The position numbers and the translations under genes were made by a program. Source: Haliotis rufescens (lineage: Eukaryota). From it: a DNA stretch of 64,000 bases. The stretch spans positions 17,546,001 through 17,610,000 of the forward strand of contig NW_025963813.1 in NCBI RefSeq assembly GCF_023055435.1, read 5' to 3'. Positions 48,430-60,296 of this stretch are shown piece after piece. Position 1 is the stretch's first letter. Each line of letters begins with the position of its first letter. The notes under the pieces are model-generated. The model ran no database searches. It saw only the letters and a list, made by a program, of their open reading frames with translations, and was not told where the DNA came from.

Positions 48430-51400
48430 TCAGATAATTGTGAGCCGACATAATTTTGAATTGAATTCCATTTTATGGACGCATCTATGTCATACCCGCA
48501 CGTATATTTTCTTGTTAGTGGTCTTCAGTATGATACATTTTCAGAACAACTAACCTTGATACAAATGTTATCCAGAAACAGACTGCAGCGAAAGGGCATC
48601 GTTTACCAGTTTTACACTGAAAAAAGTGCGCGAGTGTTTCCGCGATGCGTTTGAACCTGAAAAATATTTCCCGAGGTTTCGACACAATTATGTCTTCATT
48701 ATGACAGTTCAGCTCACTGTCTATTGAAGCTGTCAAACCGCAGTTCTTTCGGTCTTAATATTTCACAATGTCACTGATAAAATTCTGTCATGTGTTGATG
48801 AAATCAATGTTTGCAGCTTCAGTGCTGATTTTCATGACGCCAATTTGATTCTCATATAGTGTATTTTTCATATGATTTGAATCAGAACTTCATTATCTTT
48901 TTATTCTACTGGATGCCAAATGAAATTTCAAAAGTAAATAAAAAAATCGTTTATAGTTTTCAATTTGACAAAAACATGTCACTTGACATTATGCCAAAGA
49001 AACATTTTTGAAAAGATTAGCAACCTTTTTGCTGAATTGACATGATTTTTATACAGTCATGCGAATTCCTAAACTGGTTAAAAAGGGATACACGTTTTAT
49101 CTTATACTATTTCTGTGCCAAATCCCCAAACGCACTTTCTCCTTCGACCACTTTCTTTACGTATATATTGTTTTCATTTTAAAAGTATTCAAGAAACCTG
49201 ATCACCCGATCCCGTTAGTCGCCTCTTACGACAAGCATGGGTTTTTGAAGACGTATTCTAACCCGGATCTTCACGAGTTTGAAACACTTGAAATGTTTAA
49301 TAGGAGAAGCCACTTGAATTGTCGTTTGTTGTTTAATCTTCATCCTCTACTGACGTCAATACTTGTTTCCTAGGAACTGGCAATCCGGAAGCTCTTTCCT
49401 AATCCATCCTATGCTGAGTTTGTAACTGGGGTGAGTGGGTGGGTTGGAACTAAAGAAATTATAAGCACATGCTAATACGGAATTGGGAGATGGGTGTGCT
49501 TCTTCTCACACGGTGTCATGCTTCTGTGAGTCTTTTTTAATTATATTTGTTTCGGACACCTTTGAGTATGAAGACGTAGTTCATGCCTCTGAGTCATCAT
49601 GTTATTGTCATGGTAATGGTTTTGAGACTTGAGCCGTGGGGCTGTACTCGCGGACCTCCTCTTTACTTCATACTTGTTTTTTTTCTTAAGTCCCTTCCCT
49701 ATACCTTAAGAATTGTCAGTTAAGAAACATATTTGTTAGCATATTATTTAGCTTAGATGTATTTTTAAACTAAGATCATTCCCAGATAAAATGACAGTTC
49801 ATTGTAGAACGGACCTTAATCCTAACACTATTTTTATTCTTAAAGGGTGCGAAAACCCTGCAGCTACATTTAGCAACATGCATTGCACTCTCTAAAGTAT
49901 GAGTATGGAAATCCAGTGTTTACGCGCAGACGACATACAATAGTAAATAAACAAAATGAAACCAGTTCAAAAGGAATCGCGACAAAAACACAAGACGGAT
50001 GCTGCTGGCCATGGCCACGACGCTGTCCTATGAGAAGTTTGGTCTTGTTGTAAACACGCAAAAGAAATGAGACAAGTGAACAAACTTCAAATCGCACTAA
50101 AACCTTTCTCGTGCGATTGCTTTGCTCCTAGCGGAAGTGCTTATCTTTCCTTCTACGCATGCGCGACTTCGCGTCCTATCAAAACTGCGTATATTTTGCA
50201 AAATCATTACGTTAAACGTTCATGTACAAAACTTATTTTCATGCCTTTCAGGTTTGTTGAAAACAGCTTCCTCTTGCAATGAATGTCCCAAGAATGAAAT
50301 ATATTCTGTATGACGACTTAAATTATCTATTAAATATGCAGCACACACTGTGCATGGAGTCCAAGACAATCTTCCTGCGGATCATGATGACAGCAATAAC
50401 ACAATCGTCAAACATCTGAAAATGCATGAAAATGAAAAATTAATAACACATTTGTAGAAAGAAAGACTGATTTAGTGTTTTCGACTTTCTTTTCTATATT
50501 AAATAAAACATGTTAGGGATCATGAATTTTGGGGGATATTTTTGAAGCACGCTATTTCATAAAATATCCTCAAATATAATCATGATCATTAACAATTTTG
50601 TTCAATATACTTTCGATTTGTTTTATATAAATAACAAGGATTAGTTTATTAATTATTAAATAGTTCAATATCAACAATGAAATATCAAGAATACATGAAT
50701 ACTTTAACCGCATTGCATGTTTTGTTTTAGGCAATCCCTTGAAGTTAATTGCTTAGAAATCATGATATAATCAGGATATATATAATCAGATCTTATATCT
50801 CATCAACTACGCAAATCATCAGAATCATATCAATCCATTTTGCTTGTTCTGAAATACATTACAGAATTACTTGTCATTGTTGTATATCAAGCTTAACTTT
50901 AAAAAGACTAAACATAGTCTGTAAAAAAATACCTCATAAGTTGTATTCTTTGTTTAGATATTCCCTCGAAAACGCCGGCAGTGTTGTCAGAAAGTCAGAA
51001 CTTTGTATGTAACATTCCGATTGTTATGCGGTTTTCACCGATAGGTTGCTCAATGTCGGAGTAAGTCACATTGCGCTATAGCGCACGTGTAGCTCGGAAA
51101 CTCGCAATAAATAACGAGCATGGGGAACGTTTGCCAGGGAAAATGGCTGTGACGTAAAACGCGTCATAATGGCTGCTCATTTGCATAACTTATACATAGA
51201 CATAAGACGGAATGAAAGTTGTGAGTGGAAACATTTGCTGCACCAAATTGCGACTGAAAAACGACCTATCTCGTTATCTGGGTTGAATGTTTGTTTCAGT
51301 GATGTAGCCCCAGTCTTAGACGTCCCTGCAGCCGACCCATGACTTGACCGTTGTCTCTACTCCAACCGCCCGAGATCTCAGTTAAATGTTAAAAAGGCTC

Positions 51401-53001
51401 CTCCCCGTGATGTCAAGCTCAATACAATTAAGAGTAAAGAATAATACAAATTCTAATAAATTTCATACAAAGTATAGAGTATGAAGAAAATAGAAGAAAG
51501 CGACAAAACCATTTCCATATTTGTAATAATAGCAGAGTCGATTGTATGATTCCCGCTATATCACGAGCACGTGTTAATGAATCACTATCCAATAGGGATA
51601 CCGGGTGTTCGCGAAAAGGTAAGCGTATCCTTCCCCAACGATCGCACCCAACAGACACACATGCAAAGGCAAGTCAATTGTTCACCTGAAAAACACAGAA
51701 ACATATGGTTCAAGTCAAAGTAGAGAATAAAACATGTTTGTTAAACAATTAACATTACATTTTAAAACGTAAAGGAATAAATCAACGTAAGGTTTTATGG
51801 AACTAGCAAACATTCAATTCAAAGTTTAAAGTGTGAGGATAACATTAAATAGTTGTTAACTAAGGAATTATATCCCTTATATCAGAAAACAAAAACGTGC
51901 ACCTCAGTGTAATTGTACAACGGCGTTTCAGTCACAGGTCACAATCCGAGTATATGAGGTTGCATTCGCAATATAAATCAGCATTCGCAGCCACGAAATG
52001 TTCGTAATGCCATTGTTTGTTCAGCAAAGCAACTGGCAGTTGGCGTTTGAATAGTGTGATATAGTGAGACATCGTACTGAGAGGGGATCCTTATGGCAAC
52101 TAACGACACCATCTATTGTGCATCATCCGCTTTCATCTCGGCCGCCGATCACGATGTACTGTTAGCACGTTCTCTGACGTTCTGCCCGTGGAGAACAAAT
52201 TGAAATACATGACTGTGTCCTGTTCAAACATAGCGGTTTAGTGCAATGCACAATGCTTCTAGCTTGCACCTTGGTCCTGCGTCTGCAGGTCACTGCAAAC
52301 CTTCATCCTGCATAAGACAACAGTTAAAAAATACATTAATATCAACAACAATGTGGCTCAAGACTGTTTGCAAGCACGGTGGGTTGTTAAAGCATCATGA
52401 GGTTAAAAAACATTCTGGCCCGCGAACAAATAGAGACGTTGTTATTAGTTCGTTCAGAAAAATACCCAAAATGAATAGTTTGTTCACAGTAGTAACTGTA
52501 TTTTCTTGAAATCAAATTATTAATAAAATAATCGGGAATAATCAGACGTTTGAAAATAATTTGTGTCGATGGTGAATATGAACAGATTGTTTGATGGTGC
52601 TCAGTAACTGTAGTTTGTTGGACATAGCTACTCACCCCCATACACAAATCAAATGGATTCTCGCTTACAACAAGCGACAGTACGTGGTAATGCAGTATAC
52701 ATGAAGGGCATCTGGTTTGTGTTTTGGGGGTGGCAGTTATAAACATGCGATTTATTCTAGCATGGTATCAGATGGTTCATCAACACAAAGGTAAGCACTT
52801 GCACACAATCCACACACATGAAAGGAAATCATACATATTTTGAACGGGCTGACATTTTCATATTTGGCAGACTATTTGTTGAACATGAATAACATTTGGA
52901 CAATAACCAGAAATAGAAATGCTGAGAAAGGTCTCAGCGGAGGTTTCAGGAATAGGTTTTGGTAGTTTTCAGTTTAGAGTTCCTTTTAAAATGTAAGGTG
53001 A

Positions 53002-53356
53002 GGTGAGGTGAGGTTAAATTGGGTTTAACGTCGCGTCCAAGATTATTGCACTTATATAGCGACGTGCATGTACGTGTATGTGTTTGTGTAGCTGCTTGTA
53101 CTAGTCCGGACTGATGCCGATTTATAGTGCTAGCTCACTGAGATACCATGCCGCAGTTTAACATGGATACCAACTCAAACACAGTATACTGACTCCGAGC
53201 CGACCAGTCCTTATTTTAGCCCCTTGATGCCGAGCGCCAGACAGGGTAACAACAAGTACCATCTTTTAACGTCTTTTCGTATGACGCGGCCGGGGATCGT
53301 ACCCCGGACCTTCCGCTCTCCGGGCGGACGCTCTACCACTAGACCACGGAGGCGGT
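53002..53356 (-). mobile_element. SINE family C (tRNA head, V-domain-like body, CCTCA tail), full length
   Basis: Head accgcctccgtggtctagtgg..gatcccc followed by gtcatac..aaagacgttaaaagatggtac..ctggcgctcggcat, which resembles the V-SINE core. TSD taaaatgtaaggtga. Confidence 0.9.
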
Positions 53357-53579
53357 CCTAAAATGTAAGGTGACCGATCAGAATTCATATGGTGAATAAA
53401 TGTGACATTTAGATCTGCCAACAGGTGTCAGCATGTAATGCTCATAACAGTCCTCCTTAGTTAAATAGGAACAAAAACAATAAATGAAGATTTAACAGAT
53501 GGTTGATGTTTCATTTGGAATTAGTCATTTGTGATATGTTATCGATAATTATTGCTGCAAAGACTTATTTCGGTAAATG

Positions 53580-53833
53580 TGTTTGTTTGTTTGTTGTTTA
53601 ACACCGCATTCAGCAATATTCCAGCTATATAACGGCGGTCTGTAATTAATTGAGTCTGTACCAGACAATCCAGTGATTGGCATCATGAGCATCGATCCAC
53701 GCAATTGGGATACGATGACATACATCAAGCCAAGTCAGCGAGCCTGACCACCCGATCCCGTAAGTCGCCTCTTACGACAAGCATAGTCGCCTTTTACGGC
53801 AAGCATGGTTGCTCTTCCCCGGACCTTCACGGG
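53580..53833 (-). mobile_element. Family B copy
   Basis: Homology to family B, with a small deletion in the head. Confidence 0.9.
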
Positions 53834-54091
53834 TATATTTCAGAAAATACCACGGCCAATGAGGTAATGATCAAATATGAATAACGCTTTCTTTAATGAA
53901 CAAAAGCTAACCAAACATCACACAGACACATGCATTAATATGAGCAGTTTATATTACACACAGTTATGCATCCAAATAATAGGATTGTTTATCGCCTGAT
54001 CATCCGTTATGTATCTAGCAGTTACTGAAACCAAACAGGGTGGTAACATATCTGAACAACAATAGATCAGCAACAATCGCGATCCCTTGAA

Positions 54092-54367
54092 GGGGGCACG
54101 GGGGGCCCAGTCGTCTAAGGCGCCGCGATTCGCTGTGCAGAGTTGCGTCCCTTGGACACGCCAGAAATCATGATTGTGGGTTCGAATCCCGGTTCGCCCC
54201 GATTATGTTTCTAGGTTTGTCAGCACCATACCCGTGCTCGTGGGTTTCACCGAAGTGGTAAACGTCTAAGACCTGCATCACTTCGAGCTTTCCTCCCACA
54301 TTAAGCTGACACGCCGCGATATAACTGGAATACTGTTAAAAGCGGCGTTAAACCCAACTCACTCACT
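54092..54367 (+). mobile_element. SINE family A, full length
   Basis: Family A sequence. TSD cgatcccttgaag. Confidence 0.94.
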
Positions 54368-56231
54368 CGATCCCTTGAAGCAGGAATAACTGAAAATACG
54401 CACATGAAGGAGATTCGTGGTTCATAACGCGTGACTATGGAATCCATCAGATTATCAAATGTGAACAGTAGCGAATCATGGGCATGTTTTCAGGTCTCTT
54501 TAACAATTTAGTATTTAGGCCAGCAGTGATCGGTTTCCGATATCGTTATCAAATGCTCGGTCCCTAACCATGGTTACTGCACAGAGTAGAATAACACAGG
54601 AAAACAGATCTGTGATTAATTGCTTTATCCTCTCTCATTCAGCATTACAATCTGTGGTTATTATTTCTTGGTAATAAACAGCTTATGTTTATGAAGTCAA
54701 TACATCAGGTAAAATAATACTCAGCTTCCTGGTTGGGGATAAATTAGGAAAAATGTATTACTCCACGAAAACCCGTATCCATCACCGCTTCTCCACAGGG
54801 AATTGTCTTGGAACACATTATGGCCCTATCATCTATCAACCTCTCTGATGCTAGTGACGAAAGAATATCACTAATCTGCCCACCATAAAGCAAAACAATT
54901 AACTACGATTTGTCATGACCAAATAATTACGCGAGATATATACCTGTTACGTGATATCTTCCTCTTAACTTATCACATGACATTGATCGAAATATCCGGA
55001 GTGCCAGGACAGCGAAACACATGAGTTGAAATAATTTCAAAGCATGTTTCGTCTTAATTTGGTTATATTTTAGCACTACGCAGGGATTGACGAAATTCGA
55101 TACTAGGGTAACAATTGCATTCAACGCCCATAATTATTGTTTATATTACACACTGAAATGATATTCAGTTTCAGCTTTTTTTTAAATAAATGATGACAAG
55201 ACCAAAATTGTGGGTTTAAGGAGGAATATGCAAGGAATCTGTCTTAAATTGAAGGCTTTTGATATCTCAGGTTGTATGTAATCGAAAGTAAGGACAATAT
55301 AAAAGTAGTTTTAATAAGAGTACTATATGAAGTCAAAGTTCAAATAACAGTTGGTGCATCGTCCATTGTTTCTGGTTATCCACACAGCCATCTCGATTGT
55401 CACATTTATTTATTTATTTATTTATATTATGGAACATTGCTCAAAAACATCATGTGTGGACTTCGTGATCACGCTGTGAGTTGTTAGTTGCACTTACCTC
55501 CGGGATGACAACTCAAACAGTGATTTTATCATTCATTATCATTCATGCTCTTAGGCAAATAATGTGTTTCATATTCCTGTTTATAAGGTTTATATTTCAG
55601 CAATCGTTTCCACCTTTAGTTAATTATCGAAATTTGGCCTTTATTTATCCGGAGTAAAACGATTGCTGATACAAGTCACTTGACGCTGCACGCCAACGTC
55701 TGGCGGCCCACAACGTGGGTAACATGCAACGTGGGTAACATGCAACGTGAGGATTGGGAAAAAAACTGCAATGGAATCTCAAGTGTCTTTCCGCCAAATG
55801 GACCATGAAAAGAACATAATATATGAACCGAGAACAAAATCAAACTTGGTAATTCACCGAAATAATTTCAAATTATATATGAAAGAGGCAATGTACACAC
55901 AGTCGGTTCGCGCAATGGAATGTGAACATCAAGATGACTGCAGAAAGAAAAACGAGGAACTCTGAAAAACGGAGACATTGACAAATATGACCGGAATTGG
56001 CCGAAATAGAATACAAGCGAAGAAGGGAAAGAGTTTTTTTTAAGAAATTACGTTTGTATTCTGCAAGGCATTCAGACAATCTTTTTAAAAGCATAGTTAT
56101 GCTTAACTTTGTGTCGAGCAACGCCCCTTTTGCAATGATCGTGTGTACGTTTTAATGAGTGAAGGAGTTGGGATTATGGCGCTTTTACCAGTACTGCAAA
56201 GATCTCACCGTGCCAGCTAAATTTTGAAAGA

Positions 56232-56386
56232 ATGAGTATGGTTTTACGCCGCATTTTGTAATATTCAAGCAATATCACGTAGGGCATCAGAAATGGTTTT
56301 CACACATTTTACCCATGCCGGGATTCGAACCCGGGCCTTTGATGTGACGAGCGAACGCTTTAACCGCTTGGCTATCTTACTGTCCT
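56232..56386 (-). mobile_element. SINE family D, diverged
   Basis: B box and tail retained. Confidence 0.8.
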
Positions 56387-56653
56387 AATGTTTGAGGAAA
56401 GTGAAGCTGATCGCGGTATATGTTAAAGTGAAACCTCTGTTGTATTTGATTGTTGTAAGTGGCATTTAACACAAGTATAACTCGTCGTGATACTATTTCC
56501 TTCCATTATTTAGAATCACTACAAAACCAGGTAAATGTAAGACGGTAACCCTGTAGAGAGTGCACCGAGATCTGAACATCAGCTGTGGAAGGGAAAATGG
56601 GCATGTGGAGATCCCTGCCGAGGTCACCAGTGCCCTTGAGTCGCTGAAACAAA

Positions 56654-56896
56654 TGAGTGAGTGGGTTCAACGACGCTTTGAAAAGTATTCCAATTGTAAC
56701 AGGCGTGTCAACTTTAAGCAGGAGCAAAGCCCGAAGTGATGCAGGTCTCTCACATTCACCACTTTGGTGAAACCCACGAACGCGGTACGGTGCTGACAAA
56801 CCAAGAAACATAATCAGGGCGAAACGGGATTAGTTTCTGTAGTTCCTCTGCACAGCGTATGGCGGCGCCTTAAACGATTTGGCCACCCATGCCCCC
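56654..56896 (-). mobile_element. SINE family A, diverged
   Basis: Reverse-complement homology with internal deletions. Confidence 0.85.
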
Positions 56897-57119
56897 GTCC
56901 ATGACGCGGCATCACAAACATGTTTCTGTAAATGATGAGGGAGAAACTGCTTCTGGTCTTACTAAAAGCGTTTGATCAATCAAGAGTTTGTTTTCAAGGA
57001 AAAAACGGAACTGAAATTTTTGTGACATGAAACCCTTAACAATTCATCACCCACATCCTAAGACAACATGTATATTATGTCCATTTTGCTGAAATTAAGC
57101 ATTGTTCTGGGATGCATTG

Positions 57120-57250
57120 TGTTATATTTTGTTATATGTAGATGATATATATATTCTAAATCAGATAACTGACCATCTCTCAGAAACGATAAAAACGGTT
57201 TATCAGTCCGCAATACTTTTTAGAAAGGATTTTAATCTCTGCCATACAAG
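57120..57250 (+). mobile_element. Possible small LINE RT fragment
   Basis: LLYVDDIYIL followed by an Asn at the spacing typical after YADD in LINE RTs. Very short. Confidence 0.35.
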
Positions 57251-57299
57251 TGCTGACAAATACCTTCAAAATTTGTTGGTAACTTGGTCAATTATATAG

Positions 57300-58600
57300 A
57301 AACGATAAATTTCTGGTTCTGCGAGTGCTTAGAAAATACGCCCCAGTGATATCTCTTCAGTTTTACTTCAGGTAAATAATGTATTCCTGCTAATCAGTTT
57401 TCTGATCTTTTCCAGGAATGATTACACCATTCTTCCTGACAGGTGTCACGCTACACACACGATGTAATTTAGACAACCGTCTTTTTCCATTCTAAGCAAC
57501 AAAGATTACTCAAAAAGCATTTCTGTTCAAGCAATAAATTGTTGAGGATTGCTTTGAAGCGAACTAGTTCTAAGTGGCATATAATTCTTCAAAATTAAAG
57601 CAAAGTGTGAATCTCTTTGCGCTTAAACGACGTGCAGGCTACGGTTTTCTCGTGTGTATGCTGTGCTTTGAAGCCATGGACAATGCAGAGCTGTTCACGG
57701 GGGTGATATATCTCCTTTGAAAAAACTTCAAAAACAGCCGTGGTGACGAAATTCACCAACCAAGGCGCAAACGAGAACCCCCTAGAACTGTCCAATGATG
57801 AACTGTTTTGCAACGCTGGCACTTTTAGCATTAGACATGGCTCCTTTTTTTCACAGGCAGTTAGGAACATGGGTATCAATACAAACACTTCTGAGACGTG
57901 ATTGCGATCAGTTCTGTGTATTTTATCTTAGGTTTAGAGGACAAGGTCTTTGGCCTATATTTTCTGTTTGGTTGGTTTTGCATATTGCTATGTGTTATGT
58001 TCCCTACAGGGGGCGCCACACCCTGTAATGAAACGAAACTTCGTTTTTGCTATCAGTTTAGTCTTGCATGTTCATTCTTGATTTTTTTTATGGACAAGAT
58101 CAAGTCTAGTGATGTTTTCGCACGTTGTAGTACACATACTGGTTCTTGGAAGTTGTGCTTTTTTGCATGTGTATTGGTTAATTTGGGAAATCTATTTCTA
58201 TGGATTGACTTCCATCCGACTGCAAGTTTAGATTTCCCCCGTTTGTTTAATACCTTCCTGGTATAGCTCCTTGCAACTGTGGTATATGGTTTCTGTTTAC
58301 AAGTGTGTCAAGAAAGTATGTGTCAGTTTCATAAATGAATAAAAGAATGCGAAAGTAAACGAACCAGAGAGAGCGACTGAATGAATGAATAGAGTAACTG
58401 GGTGAAGATGGAAGATAAACCAACCAATACGAAGCAGTGACGAACCCTCTTCATTCAAGCACCTCGTCTTGAGTGATACAGTGCATGTATAAACATAAAT
58501 GACTCCAATTAATCACTTTGTCGCCCAGGTATATACACTGGCGGGGCCGGCACATATGGTCCTGGACACAGAACTTAAAACACTTTGAGTTACATATGAC
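57300..58600 (-). repeat. Unknown module M, copy 4 (inverted)
   Basis: Reverse-complement homology to copies 1 and 2. Confidence 0.9.
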
Positions 58601-58812
58601 CAATGTACATGGATCTTATCACACATTCAAAACTGTTTTGAACTTCCATTTTGTCAAATTTCATTTCGGTGGAATACAGATTCTGGCTTCCATGCAAGTA
58701 CACGAGAGGTTTCGGAACTTTCCGTTCTTTTTTTCTGCTGTTGAGAGAAAACGTTTTAAGACCTTTTCCACAGTGGCCCATAAACCCGTCCGCTAAATTC
58801 AGAAGAATGGTA

Positions 58813-59075
58813 TTGAAGACCCAGGTTAGAATAGGTCTTCAGCAACCCGTGCTTGCCATAAAAGCCCACTAAGCTTGTCGCATGAGGCGGCCAACGGGGT
58901 CGGGTGGTCAGGCTTAGTGACTTATTTGATGAATGCCGTCGTATCCCAATTGCGTAGATCGATGCTCATGATGTCAGTCACTGGATTGTCTTGTCCAGTC
59001 TCGATTCAATTACTAACAGACTACCGTCATACAGCTGGAATATTGCTGAGTGCGGCGTTAAACAACAAACAAACA
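58813..59075 (+). mobile_element. Family B copy
   Basis: Homology to family B. Further fragments lie near 6150, 10100, 26780, 32980, 34027, 41740, 49195, 59780 and 60946. Confidence 0.88.
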
Positions 59076-59189
59076 CTAGAATGGTACCATTTCATACGAA
59101 AGTCAGACAGCGGCTGAGCAACATGAGCGTCAGCTGACTGTCTTGGTCCATGTTTTGATCCGTCTATGTGTTGTTTACAAACACTCGGT

Positions 59190-59260
59190 GAGTGAGAGTG
59201 AATATGGTTTAAAGCCGCTTTTAGCAATATTCCAGCAATATTACGGCGGGGGACACCAGA
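59190..59260 (-). mobile_element. SINE family D, 5' truncated
   Basis: Tail only. TSD tacaaacactcggt. Confidence 0.88.
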
Positions 59261-60031
59261 TACAAACACTCGGTAACAGATCTAATCGGAATCATTACTG
59301 AAAAGGTTTAACAGAAACTTGAATGATATCTCTCTCATCGCCCTGTTCTCTATGTCCGATATCCGTCTTCACTTTCACTTAAACTCAAGGTATTTGAAGT
59401 TCAGTTGCTCGAAGCAGACGGTATGCCGTCCGATATTTAAGACAAATTATTGGAGTACAAGTGTTGGGAACATTTTATGCATTTTAAAACACCCTCTACA
59501 AGTGTACAGACGTTCAATACAATAAAAGACGAGGAGTGAGTCAGTTGACGCTCCTTTGGACAGTATGCCAGTTAAAAGACGGTTCAAAGAAGAGAAAACT
59601 GGACAGTATACATGTAGGCCCACAGGAGTCTCCCCACCCAGTTTCAGTGAGTAAATATTTTCGTGACCAAACTCCCCAAGTATATTCCACATTCGGGTTG
59701 CAAAACCTGTATATGACTTGTTGAGCCCAGTCTGATGCCAAACGGCAGACACATATCAGACAACCAGTTTCACAGTATCGTTTTGTTTGTTTGTCGTTTA
59801 GCGCCACAGCCAGCAATAGTCCAGCTCTATGTAAATGGACTGTAAATAATCGAATCCGTACCAGACAAACCAGTGATTGATATTATCAACAACGCCCTTG
59901 CCCGTCGGGGACACGTTAGCGCAGTCAGGAAAGTCACCTAGCCCGAACATCCGTTCTGTTTAGTCGCTTCTTACAAGCATAGGTTGTAAGCATAGCATGG
60001 GGACCTAATTTATCCATGAAAACATTAAATC

Positions 60032-60296
60032 TGGTTGGTTGGTTTGTTGTTTAACGCCGCACTCAGCAATATTCCAGCTATATGACGGCGGTTTGTAAAT
60101 AATCGAGTCTGGACCAGACAATCCAGTGATTGACAACATGAGCATCGATCCACGCAATTGGGATCGATGACATGCATGAACCAAGTCAGCGAGCCTGACC
60201 ACCCGATCCCGTTAGTCGCCTCTTACGACAAGCATAGTCGCCTTTTACGGCAAGCATGGGTTGCTGAAGACCTATTCTACCCCGGATCTTCACGGG
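60032..60296 (-). mobile_element. Short retroposon family B (no tRNA head; LINE-5'UTR-like head, LINE-like tail), most intact copy
   Basis: Head cccgtgaagatccggggtagaataggtcttcagcaaccc, doubled atgcttgYcgtaaRaggcgact, tail atagctggaatattgctgagtgcggcgttaaac followed by AAAC/AACC repeats. Confidence 0.92.

Noticed and set aside
52000-52800. Harbinger transposase remnant (CALH-like on the minus strand)
   Set aside because: A single degenerate motif is not enough support.
54092-54200. Functional tRNA genes
   Set aside because: All A/B-box sequences are SINE heads with bodies, tails and TSDs, and lack canonical anticodon arms.
55747-55965. Crypton-like N-terminal fragment
   Set aside because: Only a vague resemblance, with no recombinase motifs.
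57595-57888. QLCIVH as an IS256/Mutator CxxH motif in module M
   Set aside because: The upstream frame is not shared with other M copies and no DDE residues can be placed.
26780-60296. Strand bias of family B (mostly + at 26-41 kb, mostly - at 44-60 kb)
   Set aside because: Few copies, with exceptions at 58813 and 62596, and the other families do not follow the pattern.
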